The position numbers were made by a program, and so were the translations under genes. Below the pieces are notes generated by a model. The model did no database searches and was not told the DNA's origin. It worked only from the letters and a program-made list of their open reading frames with translations. Positions 58,802 through 64,000 of a DNA stretch of 64,000 bases are shown piece by piece. The first letter of the stretch is position 1. Each line of letters starts with the position of its first letter. The stretch is from contig NMRA01000065.1 of NCBI GenBank assembly GCA_002633005.1, positions 673,066 through 737,065 of the forward strand, given 5' to 3'. This DNA is from Phoronis australis. Lineage: Eukaryota > Animalia > Phoronida.

Positions 58802-60767
58802 ATAGACCCTATTCACGCCGACAGGAGGGGCGTTCCAAAACGAGGCACGCTACGATAGCTCTCGCTGGTGGCTTATCCGCGTAGTTGTACTCCGCGTTGC
58901 TCCAACAGCTAGAAAAAATACGGACACTCTGTTTTACAATCCCTAAGGACGTTGGGATTCAGAAGCGTTGGGTACTTGCCATACGCCGCGACGAAGGAAA
59001 ATATGTCCGTGTAAAATTTATAACTGTTTTCGAATCAGAATTTGTCGCATCTCGGACTGGATGCCGCCATAGCAACGAGGACCGGAGAATCTTCGGCCAG
59101 CCAGGCTGTGTTTTCATGACTATGGGCTGAAGCGCGGTGCATTTTTCTTTACAAAATGGCAAGGGCCCTCAATCCCTCAATTTTGGGACCAAATCATCGG
59201 CCCTATTCCCCTCTCAAAAATATTGAAAAACCACGCGAAATTCCCGGCCACGAGGCCTAAAAATCCCCTTTGTGATTGAAAATCTCTCTCCAACGGTTCA
59301 AATCACCTGTGACCACAGAGGTGACAATTTGAAAAAGTACAAAATCATAGGCGGATTTGGGGGGGCAGGGCTCCCCCCTTGACTGCCGCAAGCAAAATAA
59401 ACCAGCAAAACGTGAAGCGGGAGGAAACTTAGTTCGAGCTAGGACCGGTAGCGGACGAAGGGGGAAAACGCGTTCCGTTTTATTTTTTAGGCCAACGACA
59501 GATTTCCTGAGCAGAAGGTATACATCCTCGGCGCCGCAACTTCCGGGCCACCTGTGTGCGTGCAGTCGCGCTTTGCCCGCTTCTCCGAGGATGATGTCGG
59601 CCCCCGGCCCCCTCGATCACTAGGCCTATATGGTATCTTAGATCAGCCAATGAAAATGCTACTTGAGACAGAGCTATGAGAGCTTGCAAAAGGGCGGGGT
59701 GCTATTGATGGTGATCGGGAGGTCAGTAGAGTTTTCACTGACCCGTCACTCGGTGAAACGTTCCCCAGAAGGCCGCACACACATGAGGCACCTTTCCCCT
59801 CGGATATGAACGAGGCCTCTGAAGGAACATGATAACTGCTTGTTTCAGGGAGATCCAGGACTGTGAGTTGGGGGGGGGGGCAAGGCAGAGTATTAGCCAG
59901 CATTTTGCCCGTCAGAAATTAGCAATCCGGAACTGCCAAATGGAATCTGCCACTGTGTTCTGTCCAGTTAACTGAAATTGAGCTCTAAAACGAGGTTATG
60001 CTTTGGACGAAAGAATTATATAGGTGTTTTAATTTTAAAATTCAACTTGGTCGAGATTGATATCTGAACAATATAACACATGAAATTGACGTAATTATTA
60101 AAACCAAGAAAGCAGAATTGATGGTCATATAATTTTTATTTTCAATTGCGAGCCTAGTTTTTTATCGTCATCAAAATATATATTTAATAACATCAAGTAT
60201 TATTTCAGATCAATGACAAATCAACTGTTAGTCCCGGTAGTGGCTACCTCACCAGGACCTAGGCTATGCTTGAAGCTAATAGGCCTACTCTTGATCAACA
60301 AATTAAACTAGATGAGACTAATTGCACATGACAGCAAAATGCTATGAGCCACCACTGTCGCATATATCTTCAACTCGTCAACAAAACGACCAGATGACCT
60401 GGTTCGTGTAGAAAGCATTTTTATCAAGAATTTATTAGAAGAAACGTAACCCTGCATTCAGCATGATACCTAATCCGTAACACTACGATCGCCGCAATTT
60501 GGTCATGTTAACTTTTCATGTTTCGAACCTAGTTTTCCGGAAAAAAACTATATCCTTTCGTCAGACAACTCTTTGGTGTATTGACTTGTTCTTTAACTGT
60601 ATTTTTCTACGTCTCTGTGGTTAATTATTGATACATTTTTTAAGATTAAATATTCAAGTTGGACTCCAAAGACCGGCCATTTAACTCACGCAATGTAAAT
60701 TTCCGTTTTGTTTATCGCAGTGAGCCTCGCTTTGGATTTTAATGGCCGCCGCGTGAATAGAGTCTAT
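58802..60767 (+). mobile_element. Non-autonomous DNA transposon with THAP remnant (ISL2EU-like)
   Basis: Ends AT|AGACCCTATTCACGC ... GCGTGAATAGAGTCT|AT (16/17 inverted match including the AT TSD); THAP-like FTIPKDVGIQKRWVLAIRRDEG. Confidence 0.7.
59346..59955. mobile_element. MITE nested inside the THAP element
   Basis: Imperfect TIRs CATAGGCGGATTTGGGGGGG ... GGAATCTGCCACTG; GC-rich interior. Confidence 0.5.
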
Positions 60768-62459
60768 GCGCAGGGAACCTGCAAGAGTTTTTGACGTAGT
60801 GACGTCATGTAATGACCCGAATGCCAGCCAGTGATCCCAGTGCATGCTTTAGTTTATGAGTTCACCGGTAGGTTAATAAAGTGAAATCGCGGAATGACAG
60901 TTAAGCGAAAATGAGAAGTCAAATCTTCGAGTGAATAAAATCTTCCGAAGGGCTTGATTTCCCTGCAGTTATTTTTGCCATATTCCTTCTTAAGATAAAT
61001 GTGAGCACGTTTTCTCAGTTTCAAAGTGTGCAGGCGGGGCGGGACGGGCCTCCCGTTCATTAACGCTAGGAGCTTGCTAAAAAGCAAGACTTCGCGAGAT
61101 TACGTGAGATATTGCCGTGTATTTCGAAAAGAACACGTGACTTTGTCTAGATTTTAGCTAGGTCCTAGCGTAGGTCCTAGCGTTACTGAAAGGGAGGAAG
61201 CTCTTGCCCGTTGCGCGATTCACTATTCATATTCTGATGTCTATTGTGACGTCTATTTGTTGGCTAGTTATTGATATGCTAATGTCCATGCGGAGACCTA
61301 ATAGTTTGAGTCAGTCTTGAGTCTGAGTTTGTGAAATGTAGTTGTACTGATGGTATAAGTAAAAATAGGATTTAACTGCAGTAGCTGGTTTATTCATTTA
61401 TTATTTAATGCGAGCCCGTGACACAGGTAAATATTTGATGGGAAATTTGAGTGTGATACGTATGATTTTGTTCTACACTTTCAACCCTGTTGTTTACCGA
61501 CTGGGATTTACCGGTCCCGTCCTCCTTTCACGCTCATCCGTGGATGGGTGAATGAATTTAGTAGACGCAGAACGGGAACTAGAAATCATGAATTCGTAAC
61601 AAATCGTGAGTTCGAAACCTATTTTATTATGGTAAGTTGCCTAAATCATGAAATGGTTGTTGACAGCAGGGGTGCATGAACGGGTGTGTTGCCCCTCAGT
61701 TTAGCCGAAAGGCCTTACCACAGATTACTTGGTCTTCTTCACGCTACCAGGGTCCGTACCAGGTCATAGTATCGCCTGTGTCACCGCCTCTACCTCTTAA
61801 AGTGTGTCTGACTAGTTGTTGCAGCATGTTGTATTCGAAGGACCCGCAATTCAGTAACGCAAGCTACTCGCGAGAGAAATCTATGCAGAACACGAGTGTT
61901 TCGCACGTAACTAGGGGTGGGACAACACACATTTTGAGTCCAATGAATTCTGTTCCATTCTTGTTTGTCAAATCAAACGGTCCATGGCTCAATCATGCAA
62001 GTCTAACTGTTATTTGTTTTGTAATGCTCGCTCGCAGTAAAATATTAAATCATCTTTATTGTAAGTATTGAAATTCTTGTTTATGCTGTATCATTTGAAA
62101 CGATTTTGTGTTTGCACAATTTGCACTCTGTATTGTTAATCTAGGCATGATAGCCTGCAGTCACGTAAATTGTAAACAGTGTCCATTGTATCTGTCATGA
62201 TAAGTAATAAAAAGGCGAGGCGAAGCAATTTCTTTTCTCCTGTTCACTGAACTTTTAACTTTTTTATTGTTGTCACCCTGGAAAGTTTCTAAAACTTGCT
62301 ACCTCTAGTGACCAGCGAGAAGGTAGCCGTTAGCCATCTTCAAGACTTTCTCCGCATCTCAGTCTTGTAATGTGTTCTAAGCAATGAAACGTAAAATTTT
62401 GTCAAAATTTATATTCATATATCACAGCATGAAATATACAACAAAGATAACCAAAGCAC

Positions 62460-63539
62460 TTAAATATCGGGACAACCCTTTTGGTTTGTCACCTTGAAGT
62501 TGTTAGGGTCAACGCCTTCATCAGCCATACGCTTCCTCAGACTTTGAACGATCTTGTCGTCCAGAGTTGGAGTTCTAGCCAAGATCCACGCGTATTCGGT
62601 CTTGACTGCTCCCAAGAACTGGGAACACGAGTACACCAGCGAGTATGTCTCGTAGTCAGTATCTACTACCCAGTATTTGCCATAAGGCTGATACTCTGAA
62701 ACGATAGAGCAATAGGTTTTTATTTGAGAAACGCGCTTTAAAATATACATATATCATGTGTAGTACGTAGGACCATGTTTTCATTGTAACGTATTTTTGT
62801 GATATACATTTCCTACGAACCGCAAAACTATACTGTATAGAGCTTTGGCCAATGTTTCCATTACACTGTGCTTTTGTGATATGCACTTCTTACGTGTTTA
62901 CCAAAATATTTAACAGGTTTTGTGAATTTAATGATTACACTTTGTCTGACACCGATAGTACAACTATTGGGATCTGCCATGTTTTAAGGTTACGCGTATT
63001 CCTACTTTGAATCTCGTCTTCGTCTCATAATCTTCAAACATGTATTTCCTAAGAAACGAAAATCCAATTGGACCGTTTACTCTCATAAAATCTCACCCAT
63101 AAGGTTCCTTTACCGTGATAGGATTCTATTTGTGTTACCAACTCAAGGTACAGGCAATGCGTACGCATGTGCCATTTTCGAATTTTCAATTTTAGCGTTT
63201 TCTAGAGTCACTCATGGTTTCAATGTTTTTGTTGGTAAAGTAAAGAAATTCTTTTACAGTAAGGAGTATTATGAGACCGGTTTTATTAGAATAAATGCCT
63301 GATTTTTTTCTAGTCCTCTAAACAAGGCTAAATGGAGCTTGAATAACTAGCAGCGGTCAAGCGGATTTCCAGTGTTTTCATTTCATATGTTTCTAACATT
63401 AGTTTGAGAATTGGAAAGAGACCGTAAGTGTAACATTTCTCCTGATGATGCTATACCTGAGAAACGAACTCCCAACTTGGAAGGAAACTTCTTGTCTGGC
63501 ACATAGGCGTCTCCTGTAGCGTTACTCACCAGGCCAGTC
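62460..63539 (-). CDS. APOD: Apolipoprotein D-like lipocalin, last two exons (5' part not found in the window)
   Basis: Exons 63539-63457 (TGLVSNATGDAYVPDKKFPSKLGVRFS) and 62695-62460 (EYQPYGKYWVVDTDYETYSLVYSC...YAWILARTPTL...TNQKGCPDI*). Lipocalin TDY (SCR2) and WIL(A/S)R (SCR3) motifs; the phase-1 intron joins in frame. Confidence 0.9.
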
Positions 63540-64000
63540 CTGAGAAGACAAGAAACGAATCGCGTTAACGTAAAACCATAAACTAATGAAGTACAAAAAT
63601 GCGTTTGCAATTTCTGTTATTTATCAGCATGCTTACTTCTTAGAAACTTGGAAATATGTGAAGGTCACGTTTTAGCAATGTGCAGGAAACTAAGACAACT
63701 TGTACTTTCTTGCGCATAATAAATATTCGCGAACATCCGATTACCTTGAACAATAACACTGGTGGATTTGATTGCTGCACTATATTTTGAGCATAACTTG
63801 CTAAATGTAATGACCAATGAGTACCATTGGCTTGTATTCACCTACGTCAACGCGAAAACCCTGATGTGGTGTTCTGTTAAGACCCCTATTCAATTTTCAA
63901 GTACTCTCAGTTCCTCTGTATTCTGTTTTCTCTGGGTGACATAATATGGCGCTGAATGGCTGGCTACTTCACTTACTATTTCACGACCACAAGTTTCGTC

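Overview
AT-rich, intron-containing eukaryotic DNA. The transposon complement suggests a marine invertebrate, probably lophotrochozoan, but that is inference. The draft assembly has a 905-nt gap at 2366-3270 and single-N joins at 6470, 25111 and 38340. Three protein genes can be spliced together by hand with canonical GT-AG introns and consistent phases. (1) A STRAD pseudokinase on + (10 coding exons located, 18522-31862; start exon not identified); two of its exons appear twice, probably as uncollapsed haplotypes. (2) A convergent, unrecognised gene on - (at least 11 exons, 33536-47773, at least 942 aa) made of 12 tandem ~61-aa helical repeats, mostly one per symmetric phase-1 exon, ending in a domain resembling the dynein stalk microtubule-binding domain (MTBD), with no motor domain seen. 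(3) The last two exons of an apolipoprotein D-like lipocalin on -. The remainder is mostly decayed LINEs, Helentron-type HINEs, MITEs, a THAP/ISL2EU-like remnant and minisatellites. Best leads: the motor-less repeat-rod plus MTBD-like protein; a HINE with a CTCF-like motif roughly every 150 bp; and a LINE-in-LINE insertion with an 11-bp TSD that creates an in-frame chimeric ORF. All family assignments come from recalled motifs, not database searches.
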